64,000 nt of DNA from the human T2T-CHM13v2.0 reference genome, Homo sapiens. The number at the start of each line of letters is the position of its first letter. The stretch's first letter is position 1. The DNA lies in NCBI RefSeq assembly GCF_009914755.1, contig NC_060947.1; one strand, written 5' to 3'. Below the pieces are notes generated by a model that made no database searches, was not told the origin of the DNA, and saw only the letters and a list, made by a program, of their open reading frames with translations. Both the position numbers and the translations under genes were made by a program. Of the stretch, positions 1 to 13,929 are shown in pieces.

Positions 1-1815
1 ATTTATTGAGATAATCATTTGGTTTTGTCTTTAGTTCTATGTGATAAATCACATTATTATAATCGATTTATGTATGCTGAATCTACCTTTTATCCCAGTG
101 ATGAAGTCTTCTTGGTCACGGTGGATTAGATTTTTGATGTACTGCTGAATTTTGTTTGCAAGCTTTTTGTTGAGGACTTTTTATTAATGATTCAATTTTG
201 GAGATTGTTATTGGTTATTGGTCTGTTTGGGAAATCAATTTCTTTATGGTTCAGTCTTGGGATGGTGTATGTGTCCAGGAATTTTTCCATCTCTTCTAGG
301 TTTTCCAGTTTGTGTGCATAGAGGTGTTCATAGTAGTTTCTGGTGGTTATTTTTATTTCTGTAGGGTCAGTGGTAACATTCCTTCCTAATTTCTAATTGT
401 GTTTATTTGGATCTTCTCTCTTTTCTTCTTCATTACTCTAGCTAGCAGCCTATCTTATTAATTTTTTCAAAAAACCAACTCCTGGATTCACTGATCTTTT
501 GAATCATTTGTATGTGTGTGTGTGTGTCTTGAATTCCTTAAATCCAGCTCTGATTTGGTTGTCTCTTGTTTTCTGCTAGGTTTAGTAGCTATGCATTTCA
601 CTCCTTAACACTGTCTTAGCTGTGTCCCAGAAACTCTCATTTGTTATACCTTTGTTCTCAATAGTTTCAAAGAACTTCTTGATTTTTGCCTTAATTTCTT
701 TATTTTCCTGAAAGTTATTCAAGAGCAGATTGTTTAATTTTCATGTAATTGCATGGTTTTGAGTGATTTTCTTAGTATTAATGTCTATTTTTATTTTGCT
801 GTTGTCTGAGAGTGTGTTTGGTATGATTTTGATCATTTTGCATTTGCTGAGTATTGTTGTATGTCTAATTATGTAGACAATTTTTTAGAGTATGTGTCAT
901 GTGGTGATGAGAAGAATGTACATTTTGTTGTTTTGGGATGGAGAGTTCCATAGAGGTGTATCAGATCCATTTGTCCAGTGTTGAGTTGAGGTCCTGAATA
1001 TCTTTGTTAATTTTCTGCCACAGTGACTTATCTAATGCTGTCAGTGGATTGTTTAAGTCTCCCACTATTATTTTGTGGAAGTCTGTGTCTCTGTGTAAGT
1101 CTCTAAGAACTTGCATTATAAATCTGGGTACTCTTGTGTTGGTTATATATAAATTTAGGAGTTACATTTTCTTGTTGAATTGAACCCTTTACCGTTTCTT
1201 GTTGAATTATGAAATACCCTTCTTTGTCTTTTTTTTAATTTTGTTCATTTAAAGTCTGTTTTGTCTGCCATTAGGATTGCAACCACAGCTTTTTCCTGTT
1301 TTCCATTTGCTTGATAGACGTTCTTCATTCCCTTAATTTTGAGCATATGGGCGTCATTGTGTGGGAGATGGGTCTCCTGAAGATAACATACCATTGGTTC
1401 TTGCTTTTTTATCCAGCTTACCACTCTGTGTCTTTTAAGTGGGGGCATTTAGCCCATTTACATTCAACGTTATTATTTATATGTGTGGATTTGATCCTGT
1501 CATTGTGTTGTTAGCTTGTTATTGGGCAGGCTTGTTTGTGTGGTTGTTTTATAGTGTCACTGGTCTGTGTATTTAAGTGTGTTTTTGTATTAGCTGGTAG
1601 TGGTCTTTCCATATTTAGTACTTCTTTCAAGATCTCTTGTAAGGCAGGTCTGATGGTAACAAAGTTTCTCAGCATTTAGTTATCTGAAAAGAATCTTATT
1701 TCTCCTTCACTGAGAAAGCTTAGTGTGGCTGGATATAAAATTCTTGGTTGAAGATTTTTTTCTTTAAGAATGTTGAATATAGGCCCTCAATCTCTTCTGG
1801 CTCGTATGATTTCAG
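1..1815 (-). mobile_element. Degenerate LINE-1 (old L1P type): end of ORF1, inter-ORF region and 5' ORF2, with internal deletions
   Basis: ORF 1245-1448 (..VCYLQETHL..LKIKG..YQANGKQEKA..DKTDFK) is L1 ORF2 endonuclease. Colinear with the minus L1 at 61.9-64.0 kb. Confidence 0.9.
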
Positions 1816-3690
1816 TTGATGCTATTGCAAATAAAATTGTTTTTAAGAATTTTTTGGAGTGTTCATATATAGAAATAAAATTAACTTTTGTATCTTGATC
1901 TATTGAGGAACGTTGGTAAACTCACTTGTTAGCACTAAGAGTTTCTTAGTTGATCTTATAATCTTTTCTATATACAAGCTCACGTGATCTGCAAATAGAG
2001 GTAGATTTTCTTCTTCATTACCAATCTTAAATTATTTGTATTTCATTTTACTTTATAATTGGTCTAGCCAGAATCTCCAGTACAATGTTTAATAAACATG
2101 ATGAGAGTGTACATCCTGTCTTGTTCTGGAAATTATTTTGAAAGCATTCAGACTTTCATTGTTAAATATAATGTTAGGTATGGGTTTTTTGTACATGCTA
2201 TTAATATCAGATTGATAAAGTTTTTTTCTATTCCTAGTGTGTTGAGATTTATGTTTTGGCTTTTTTTTTTTTTACCATTAAAGCATGTTGGATTATGCCA
2301 AATGCTTTTTCTGTGTCTATTGAGATGATCATAATATGTTATGTAACATTAATTGATTTGCATATGTTGAACCAACCTTGCAATCCAGGAACAAATACCA
2401 CATGGTAATAGTGTACAATCTTTTATATGTATGTTTTTGGATTTGTTTGCTATAGTTTTGTTTATGATTTTTATGTAGGTATACATAAGGAATATTGGTT
2501 TGTAGCTTTTTTTTCCTTATCTGACTCTAGCATCTGGATAATACTAAATGAGTCAAGTAGTGCTCTTTTCTCTTCTATTATTTGGAAGAGTTTGTAAAGA
2601 ATTTATATGAAGTATCATTAAAATGTGTGGTAGAATTCACCAGTGAAGTCATTCAGGCCTACAGATTCTGTGGGGGAGGGGGAAATTTTTTAAATTACTA
2701 ATTTAATCTCTATATTTTTTATTGTTCTATTCAGAATTTTTCCTCTTGAGCCAGTTTTAGTGGTTTATGTATTTCAAGGAATTTGTTCATTCTATCCAAA
2801 TTATCTAATTTTTCATCAGGCAAAAATATTCTCTTATAATTATTTTATTTCAGTAAGATCAGAGGTAAGAGCCCCTCTTTCACTCCTGATATTAATAATT
2901 TAAGCTTTCTTTCTCTTGGTCAATCTAGCTAAAAGTTTTCTCATCTTAAAGTCTTTTCCAACAATTAAGTTTTGGGTTAATTGGTTTTTCTCCTTTTTTT
3001 GAGACAAAATCTTACTCTGTTGCTCAGGCTGAAGTGCAGTGGTGTGATAAGAAGTCACTGCAGCCTTAAACTGCTGGGCTCAAGTGATCCTCCTGCCTCA
3101 GCCACCTAAGTAGCTGAAACTATACATATAGACCACCACACTTGGCTAATTTCTTTTTAATTTGGTAGAGATGGGGTCTCACTATGTTGTACAGGCCAGT
3201 TTCAAACTCCTAGACCCAAGCCATTCTCCTGCGTTGGCATCCCCAAACACTGGAATTACAGCATGAGACATAGCACCTGACCTTTTCTAAATTCTCTATG
3301 TCATTTAAGTCGCTCTCATTTATTATTTCCTTCTTTCTGTTTGCTTTGGGATTTGTAGTTTGCTTTTTTTTTTTGTCCCATGTCATACAAATAGAGGACT
3401 AGGTTACTGATTTGAGGTCTTTCTTCTTTTTTATGTAGATGTTTTGAAGCTATACATTTCTTTTTAAGCATTGTTTTCACTGTATCCCCTAAGTTTTGTA
3501 TGTACTGTTTTTACTTTGAGTTCAAAGTATATTTTAATTTCCATTGTGATTTATTTTTTGACTCATTGATTATCTAGGTGCACATTTACACATACTTGTA
3601 AATTCTCCAACTTTCCTTCTAATTTATTCTACTGTGGTCCAAAAATATACTTTGTATGGCTTCTATACTTATAACTTTATTTATTTATTC
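1816..3690 (-). mobile_element. Older L1M ORF2 fragment interrupted by an Alu
   Basis: Antisense ORF2 motifs (ttcctagtgtgttgaga, atgttgaaccaaccttgca, ggtagaattcaccagtgaag). The sequence resumes after the Alu. Confidence 0.8.
2994..3282 (-). mobile_element. Alu, AluJ-like
   Basis: T-tract then gagacaaaatcttactctgttgctcaggctg..cactgcagcctt..gggctcaagtgatcctcc (J-type), ending cacctgacc. Confidence 0.9.
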
Positions 3691-3776
3691 TTTCATTCAT
3701 TCATTTTAATATTTTCACAATGGTAACATTTAACATGAAATATACCCTCTAAACACATTTTAAAGTGCACAATACA

Positions 3777-6700
3777 GAGGTTGGCAGAGCAAGATGATGG
3801 AATAGAAGGTTCTGCTGATCATCCCTTCACCAAGCACATTAATTTAACATCTACATAAAGACGCATCTTCATAATAACTGAAAATCAGATGGGCACTCAC
3901 AGTACCTGATTTTAATTTTATAACACTGAAAGAGGCACTGAAGAGGTAGGAAAAACAGTCCTGTATCACTGACACCACCCCAACCCTGCCCACTGCAGTG
4001 GCAGTGGCAGTGAGGTGTGGAGAGTGTTTCCGTGCACTGGGAAGAGGAAAAATTTAGAAATTGAGGAATTAAACTCAATGCTGCCCTGTTATACCATAAA
4101 GAACCACCAGACCAAACTCAGCTGATGCTTGCTCACAGAGGGAGCATTTAAACCAGCCCTAGCCAGAGAGGACACATGGATCCCAGTGGTTAGAACTTGA
4201 GTTCGCAAAAGCCTCACCACCACTGGCTAAAGGGCCTTGGGGTACTAAATAAACATGAAAGGCAGTCTAATCCACAAAGATTGCAATTTCTAGGTGAGTC
4301 CTAGTGCTGAACCAGGCCCAAAGGGATTAGACTGGGGGGTGGAGATGACCTACTGAGGCACCAGTTGAGGCAGTTAAAGGAGTGCTGGCATTACCATTCT
4401 TTGAAACACAGGCTGCAGACCTTATAGTTCAAAAAGACACTCCTTACCGCTGCTTGAGGAGAGGAGAGGAAATAGTGGGGAAGAGTTTCTCTTGCTTCGA
4501 AAGGGCCAGTATAAGAATTATTGACCCTAAAGGGAACATAGAGGAGACATCAGGGTAGACAATTTGTTTAAAATAAGTATAGAGAACTTCCAAACCCTAC
4601 AGAAAGACATCAATATTGAATTACAAAAAGGTTATAGAACACCAAGAAAATTTATCCCAAAGACTACTTCAAAGGCATTTAATAATCAAACTTCTAAAGG
4701 GAAAGGACAAAAGTATTCTAATAGCAGCAAGATAAAAACAAAACACATAACTTACAGTGGGGTTCCAATACATCTGGCAGGAAACTCTTCAGTGGAAACC
4801 TTACATGTCAGGATATGGAGAGGCAAAAATTTTACCCTAGAATAGTACATCTGGCAAAAATATCCCTCATACATGAAGGAGAAATAAAGACTTTCTCAAA
4901 CAAACAAAAGCTGAAGAATTACATCAACACCAAACTGTTCCTACAATAAATGGTAAAGGGAATACTTCAGTCAGAAAAAAAAAACAATAATATGCAATAA
5001 GTTTACATAATTAATCAGTTATAAGTAAAAACTACAACAATTTTTGAACATATACACAGTACAATAAGATTACAATAGAGACCACAAAAAGTTAAAAAGT
5101 GTGTGGACAAACTTAAGGTGTAAAGTTTTTCTTAGTTTTCTCTTTGCATGTTCGCTTGTTTGTTTATGCAAACAGTGTTATGTTGTTATCTGCCCAAAAT
5201 AGTGGGTTATAAAATAATATTTGCAATTCTCATGGTAACCTCAAACCAAAAATACACAGAATAAATACATGGAGAATAAAAATCAAGAAACTAAATTTTA
5301 TGAAAAGAGTAAATGACCATCACTAGAAGGAAGACAGTAAGGAAAGAAAAAAAAAGAAAACCGCAAAACAATCAGAAAACAAATAACAAAATTAAAAGAG
5401 TAAGTTCTTACTTATCAATAATAGCATTAAATTTAAATGGACTAAACTCTCCAATAAAAATGCATAGGGTGGTTGAATGGATAAAGAAAGAGACCAAATG
5501 ATCTGTTGCCCACAAGAAACACACTTCACCTATAAAGACACACATAGACTGACAATAAAAGGATGGAAAAATATTTTTCCTGCTAATGGAAATCAAAAAC
5601 AGAACAGGAGTAGCTATGCTTATATCAGACAAAATAGATTTCAAGACAAAAACTGTAAAAGGCAAAAGTAACCATACAATGATAAAGAGGTCAATTCCGC
5701 CAAGAGGATATAAAAATTTTTAATATCTATTCTCTAACATTGGATCATCTATATATATAAGGCAAATATTGGTAGAACTAAAGAGAGAGAAGGACTCCAA
5801 TGTGATAATAGCTGGAGACCTTGGCATCCCACTTTTAGAGTTGGACAGAACTCCCAGACAGAAACTCAACAAAAAAATTTGCCTTAATCTATATTATGGA
5901 ACAAATGAACTCAATAGATATTTACAGAACATTATATTCAAAAGCTGAATAATACACATTTTTTTCCTCAGCACATGGATCATTCTGAAGGATAGACCAT
6001 ATGTTAGGTAACAAAGTAAGTCTTAAAACACTCAAAAAAAATGAAATAATATCAAGCATCTTCTCTGACCACAATCAATAAAAATAGAAATTACAGAAGA
6101 ACAATACTTTTGGAAACTATGCAAATACATGGAAATTAAACAATATGCTTCTGAATGACCAGTGTGTCAATGAAGAAATTAAGAAGGAAAGTGAAAAATT
6201 TCTTGAAATAAATGAGAAAGAAAACCCAACATCCCAAGACCTATGTGATACAGCAAAAGGAGTACTAAGAGATACATTAATAGCTATAGAGCCTACATCA
6301 AAAAAGAAAAGCTTCACAGAAACAACCTAACAATGCATCTTAAAGAACTAGAAAAGCAAGTGAAAGCAAATGCAAAATTGGTAGAAACAAAGAATAAATA
6401 TCAGAGCAGAAATTAATGAAATTAAAATGATGAAAGTAATACAAAATATTAATGAAATAAAAAGTTGGTTTTATGAAAAGTTAAACAACATTGACAAACC
6501 TTTAGCCAGACCAAGAATAATGGAGAGAAGATCCAAATAAATAAAATCAGAGATGAAAAACAAGACATTTCAACTGATACTGAAAAAATTTAATAGATCA
6601 TTTGTGGCTAATGTGAACAACAATATTCCAATAATTCCAATAGAAGAAATGTACAAACTCCTAGACACATAAAGCCTACTAAGATTAAACCATGAAGAAA

Positions 6701-7478
6701 TCCAAAACCTGAACAGACAAGTAACAAGTGGTGAGGTCAAAGCTGCAATAAAATACCTTCAGGTAAAGAAAAGCCTTGAACCCAATGGATTCACTGCTGA
6801 ATTCTACCAAACATTTAAAGAAGAACTAATATAAACACTACTCAAAGTATTCCAAAAAATGGCAGAAGAGGGAATACATCCAAACTCATTGTACAACCAA
6901 GTATTACGTGATACCAAAATCAAAGACACATTAAAAAAAAAACAGAAAACTACAGGCCAGTATCTCTGAATAATATTGTTGCAAAAATTTGCAACAAAAT
7001 ACTTGCAAGCTGAATTCAACGATACATTAAACAATGATTTTCAGGTCCCAGTGGGATTAGTCACTGGGATGCATGGATTGTTCAACATATACAAATCAAT
7101 TAATGTGATACATCATATTAACAGAAAGAAGGACAAAAGCCATATGAATATTTCAATTGATGCTGGAAAAGCAATTGATAAAATTCAACTTTCTTCATGA
7201 TAAAAGCAATAAAAAACACTGGGTGTAGAAAAAACATATCTCAACATAATAAAAGCCATATACTACAGACTCACAGCTAGTATTATACTGAATGGGGAAA
7301 ATCTGAAAGGCTTTTTTCTAAGATCTGAGATCTAACATAACAAGAAGGCCCACTTTCATCATTGTAATTCAACATAGTATTGAAAGTCCTAGTTAGATCA
7401 ATGAGACAAGAGTAAGAAATAAAGGACATACAAATTGGAAAGGAATAAGTCAAATTATCCTTGTTTGCAGCTGGTATG
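3777..7478 (+). mobile_element. L1MA-type LINE-1: 5' UTR, partial ORF1, ORF2 up to the RT domain; 3'-truncated with internal deletions
   Basis: 5' start gcagagcaagatgatggaatag. ORF1 remnant 4564-4845. ORF2 remnants 5477-5671 (CCPQETH), 6145-6330 and 6976-7200 ([16 protein letters not shown]). Confidence 0.9.
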
Positions 7479-7499
7479 ATGGTACTTTATTTTTAAATA

Positions 7500-7918
7500 T
7501 GACACTTTATTTTTAAATATTTTTTATTTGTATAATTTTTAATGTTCAATTGTTGTGGGTACATAGTAGGTATATGTATTTATGGGGTACAAGAGATGTT
7601 TTGATACAGGCATGCAATGTAGAATAATCGCATAATGAAAAATGGAGTATCCATCCTCTCAAGCATTTATCTGTTGTGTTAAAAACAATCCAACTATATT
7701 ATTTTAGTTAGTTTAAAATGTGCAGTTAAATTATTGTTGACTATAGTCACCCTGTTGTGCTAGTAAATACTATGTCTTATTTATTCTTTCTATTTTTTTA
7801 TACCCATTAACCATCCTCACCATCACCCCCCTACCCCTGCCCCACTGCCCTTCCCAGCCACTGGTAACCATCCTTCTACTATGTCCATGAGTTCAATTGT
7901 TTTGATTTTTAGATTCCA
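7500..7918 (-). mobile_element. L1MA (L1MA2/3-like) 3' end
   Basis: T-rich tail then gtgggtacatagtaggtatatgtatttatggggtac..ttttgatacaggcatgcaatg, the antisense L1MA 3' UTR. Confidence 0.85.
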
Positions 7919-10900
7919 TGGTATCTCACATTTTTATATAAAAAGCATTTGCTAATGGTCAGCAGTATTGTTACCCATTTCAAGTTATAGGTCTATAGTT
8001 TTTTCTGAAGGTTTCTAACCATTCAGGCCTCCTATTTACAAGTTTTTCAATACAATTTATTTTACATTTTCTGTCTTGCATCATCTTCTATTTCCTGTGT
8101 TAATATAATCTTTTAAAAAATTTTGTCTAAATGAAGCTGTAATAGGGCTTTTACTTCTGACACATTCAAGAAAGTACAAATTGGTCATGTAAGCCAATAT
8201 TTAATGACAAAATTTGGATATGTTTTACTTATGTGTCATCTATCTTTCAATGTGAAATCTTCTAAGGAATACCCTATAAATTAATAACTAATGTGTCTTT
8301 TCTGGCCTGGCGGCAATCCAGTGGCTTTAAGGCCTTAACCAAGGAATATCTGAGAAGAAACTCACAAACTATGAACAAACATATTTACATAATACTGCCA
8401 GGGTAATGGCTACAGGGAAGGTAAGTACTGTTTTCATTTGTATACCTGGACTTGAAATTACAAGAATGCAGTTACCTGCTAGATATCCTTACTTCATTAA
8501 GGCTCCAAAAGCTTGAACTTTGCAAATATCTTGGGGAAAGGAGAAGCAGGAGCAAAATACCTGGAGAAGAACAATTTAGTATACAGAGTATTAAAGTTTG
8601 CGGAAGGCATATGGGTCATCAGGGTCAGGTAAACATTTTTTGCTACATTTTATGATACTGGAAGCCTTAGATAATGATTTTCGGATAGCTTTATTTGCAC
8701 AAAATGACTATGTAAGTGGTGTGATGGAATGACAGAGGGAGAAGGAAAGACCACTCCTTAATGAAAAAAAAATTCCTTCACTGGCCAAACCAGGTGCTTG
8801 AAATGCAAATGGTTATTAAGATTGAACTAGAAGTGAGTGCTGGAGAGAAACAAATTGCAGTGGTGCATTTATCAGGTTAATCTGTTGTTTAATAAGACTA
8901 GAACCTGAAACTCATGGTTTAGTTAGAGGAATAGAGATAAGTCTAAGCCTAATTTGAGGAATTATGTAAATAGAATGGAGTTTCTAGGAAGATGGTCCTA
9001 CTAGCTGAGGGCACTGGGTTTAAAGGGGTGGGGACCTCTCAAGGTGAGGCACAGGTTAGAAAGAACATTGAAAACAAAGGTGTTTCACAATTTTACAAAG
9101 GGTTGGCCCTTATGATCTTTTCCAGAACTTGTGACTCTGAAAAATAATTCACAGTTCACTTGTCTAGTAAAACCACCGTAATGAGTATCATAAAAATCTC
9201 AAGTCAGAATCTTGAGTTAATCCAATATCTTTTCACATTGTGAAGAAACTTTGAAGCATTCACATCACACCTCCAAGATATCCAACTTGTGATTTTCACT
9301 CTCTATCCACTATATCCTATCCCTCTTTCTTAACCACCCCCACTCCCACTCCACCCTCACATTTACATCCCGTGCCTTGCACATTCCTTATTTTCCCACT
9401 AGATTATTCTGCTTCTGGCCTTGTTTTTTCCTCCTATTCAGTCTATATATCAAGGTTGACTATTTCAACAATGTACTCAACACCTCTCTAGATTCCCTTT
9501 TTTACCCTGGGCCAATCCAAGTAACCTCATTTCTCACTTTGGTCCCCTAGGTTATGGAGCACCCTAGAAGTCCCAAGCAAGGCTCAAAATGTCTTTTAGA
9601 AAAAAACAAACAATCAAACCAACTCCCTTCTGCATGAGAGAATAGCCCAAGGCAAGGTTTTGGGGACAGAGCCCTGAAGGAGTCAAGAGAAAAATATTAA
9701 AAGTAAAGGATTGTGAAAAGAGAGGGTGAGGGGGCTCCAAGGATGCCAAACATTCTGCTGTTTAGGATTGGGGAGCTAAAGAATATATGTTGGAAATAAT
9801 TGGCAGAACCCACTTCTCTGGTATGGAGAGCTTCCATGCACATGGTTGCACTTTTTCTCCCAAACCTTACCCTAGCCTAAGTTTCAGGGCCAGGGAATGC
9901 TAAAACAAGGAGGAAGAGGTAAGTGGGATTTCATTCTTCTTAAATTACCATCGAAATTATTTATTTCCCAAATATAAGTAAGCTAAGGGGAATTGTTTCT
10001 AAAATACAACCTTTCTCCAAAAGCAATAACACACCCAGGAGATGTAGTAAAGGGCACTAACTACTGAAGGGGAAACTCTGCTTACTGGTTTATTCCTTAG
10101 AAAAAAGAAATACAGATAATTTTCATTTCCCTCTCCCACACAAGCTACTATTTTGCTTATTAGACTGATGAGGGATAACTTACTCTTCAAAGCTCAGTGT
10201 CCTGAGCCAATCTCTACTTTGCAGTGACTTTCACTGGTGCCTAAGAATGAAGAATTTTGCTTCTCAACCAGAGCTGAGTGTGCTTCCCCCAATCCTCAAA
10301 TTTAAAGAAAGTTTTATTTGCTTAAAAAGATGCTCAATTTTTTCCATGTCCATTTCTTCTCTCTTTTTCTAATTTCTTTAAATTATTTTTTACTGTTTTT
10401 ATTTTCCTGTGGTGAGGAGGAAAGAAGAATACATTCAAGAAAACATGATTATCACCGTGAATCTTTCTTCCACACTGACCATTGGCTGTTCTCGTAAACT
10501 GGAGGGGTATTATTTAGGAAGGAGAAATATCAGGGTCTTTTGTCATTAACAGTTATATTAAACCAATCCCTCTGTAGCCACAACACCATGCACACAGAGT
10601 AGGTACTCTAGCACATAGTCTTACAGGATTTTACTAGCAGTTTTTAATCTGTTTTGTTTATTGCTACCAACTAGTTCAGTAAAATTTGATGAGAAAGTTC
10701 TCAATGGAAAGCTTATCCAGTATGAACTCTCCAAAAATTATGCCACTTCTTAAAGTAATTTCTGATTCTGATTTTATAACATGTACAGCTCTATAGCACT
10801 TGTAAGGCAAATTTTTAATTAAACTTTTTATTTTGAAGTTATTGTAGTTTCACATGCAGTTGTACAAAATAATATGGAGAAATCTTATGTATCCTTTATC

Positions 10901-11010
10901 ACTTTCCCTGAATAGTAACATCTTGCAAAATTATGGTACAATATCACAACCAAGAAATTGATATTGATAAAGTCAAGATAGAGAACACTTAAATTACCAT
11001 ACCAGTTTAA

Positions 11011-11275
11011 GTGTCACTCTGTCCCCTAGGTTGGAGTGCAGTGGTGCTGTCTTTGCTCACTGCAACCTCTGCCTCTGTGATTCTCATGTCACAGCCTCCC
11101 TAGTAGCTGAGATTACAGGTGCATGCCACCACGCCCAGCTAATTTTTGTATTTTTAGTAGAGACAGGGTTTCATCATGTTGGCCAGGCTGGTCTTGAACT
11201 CCTGATTTCAAGTGATCTGCCTGCATTGGCCTCCTGAAGTGCTTGGATTACAGGCATGAGTCACTGCACCTGGCC
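11011..11275 (-). mobile_element. AluS lacking its poly(A) end
   Basis: tcactctgtcccctaggttggagtgcagtgg..ctaatttttgtatttttagtagagacaggg..cactgcacctggcc. No T-tract on the left. Confidence 0.92.
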
Positions 11276-11384
11276 TCCCATGTTGGTCTTTTATAGCCAC
11301 AGTCACATCTCTCTTGCCTACTGCCAGTATCATCTCTAATCCCTGGAAACAACTGATATATTCCCCATCTCTATAATTTTCTCA

Positions 11385-11738
<354 letters not shown>

Positions 11739-13929
11739 TTAAATTATAGACTATGTAACATTTTAGAATTGGTTTTATTCACCCAACATAATTATCTGGA
11801 AGTTCATCCAAGTTGTACATATCATTTCATTTTCTTTTTTAAATTGCTGGGTAGTATTCTGTGGTATGGATATTTGTTTACAACAGTGTATGCATTGAAG
11901 AACATCTGGATTGTCTGCATTTTGGGGCCATTATGAATAAAGCTGCTACTAACGTTTGCATGCAAATTGTTATGTGAATATAAGTTTTCTGGGATAAATC
12001 TCCGGGAGTGAAATTGCTGGGTCACATGGTAGTTGCATGTTTAGTTGTTTTAAGAAACTGTCAAATTGTTCTTAAGAATTCCTATATCTTTTTAAATTCT
12101 TACCAGCAATGTATGACCATTCCAGCTTCTCTGCATAACACCTTCTTATTGTACCTGTTCTCATAGGTATGTGTAATAATATGTCATTGTGATTTTTAAA
12201 AATAGATTTAAGGGTAAAAATGCAGTTGTGTTACATGGCTATATTGCATAGTGGTGAAGTCTGGGCTTTTAGTGTACCCACCATCTGAGCAGTATACATT
12301 GTACCCAATAGGTAATATTTCATCCTTCACCCCTTTCCACACTACTGCCTTTTGGAATCTCCAATGGCTAATGGTCCACTCTATATGTCCATATGTACCC
12401 ATTGTTTAGCTCCCACTAATAAGTGAGAACACATGGTTTTTGACTTTCCATTTCTAAGCTGTTTCACTTAGAATAATGGCCTTCAGCTCTATCCATGTTG
12501 CTGCAAAACACATGATTTCATTATTTTTTATGACTGAATAGTATTCCATTGTGTGTACGTACCACATTTTCTTTATCCAATTATCCATTGACGGACACTT
12601 AGATTGATTCCATGACTTTGATATTATAAACAGTGCTGCAATAAACATTTAAGTGCAGATGTCTTCTTGATATAATTTCTTTCCCTTTGGGTAGTTATCC
12701 AGTAGTGGCATTGCTGAATTGAATAGTGGTTATATTTTTAGTTATTTGAGAAATCACCATACTGATTTTCAAAAAAGTTGTACTAATTTAAATTCCCACT
12801 AACAAGTGTTTAAGTGTTCCTTTTTCTTTGCATCCTCACCAACATGTTTTTTGACTTTTTAATAATGGCCATACTGACTGATGTAAAATAGTATATCATT
12901 GTGGGTTTAATTTGCATTTCTCTGATGATTAGTGATGCTGAGCATTTTTTATATGTTTGTTGGCCAGTTGTATTTGTTCTTTTGAAAAATGTCTGTTTGT
13001 GTCTTTGGCCCACTTTGTAATAAAATATTTGCTCATTTGCTTGTTGCTTTGTTTTTGTTCCTTGTTGATTCTGGAGATTAGCCCTTCGTTGATGAATTGT
13101 TTGCAATTTTTTTCATTGTGTAAGATATTATTTCTTGTGCAGTGTAGAAGATTTGTAGTTTAAGTCTTATTTGTCTATTTTTTGTTTTGTTGCATTTCAT
13201 TTTAAGGACTTAGTCATAAATTATTTGCTTACTTCTTTTTCTGTGCAGAAAGTTTTAGTTTAATTAAGTCCCATTATTAGTCTATTTTTTGGTTTCATTG
13301 CATTTCCTTTTGAGGACATAAATTTCCCTTTTGGTCATAAATTATTTGCATAGGCCAATGTTCAGAAGAGTTTTTCCAAGATTTTCTTCTAGTATATTTA
13401 TAGTTTCAGGTCATACATTTAAGTATTTAATAAATGTTTAGTTAGTTTTTTATATGGTGAGCGATAGGGGTCCAGTTTTATTATTTTAATTTTTCCATCA
13501 CCATTAACTGAATAGGATATCATTTCCCCAGTGTATATTTTTCTTTACTTCATCAAATGTCAGTTGGTTGTAAGCATGTAGCTTTATTTCTGGGTTCTCT
13601 ATTCTGTTCCATGGGTCTATGTGTCCACTTTTATACCAGTACCATAATGTTTTAGTGATTATGTAGCCTTGTACTATAATTTGAATTCAGCTAATGTGAT
13701 GCCTCCAGCTTTGTTCTTTTGGCTTAGGATTTTCTTTGGCTCTTCAGGCTCTTTTTTGGTTCCATATAAATTTTAGAATCATTTTATAATTTTGAGAAAA
13801 ATCACATGGTAGTTTGATAGGAATTGCATTGAATCTGTAGAATACTTTGGGCAGTATGGATATTTCAGAAGTATTGATTCTTCCAATCCATGAGCATTTA
13901 ATGTTTTTTCATTTGTTTGTGCCATCTAT

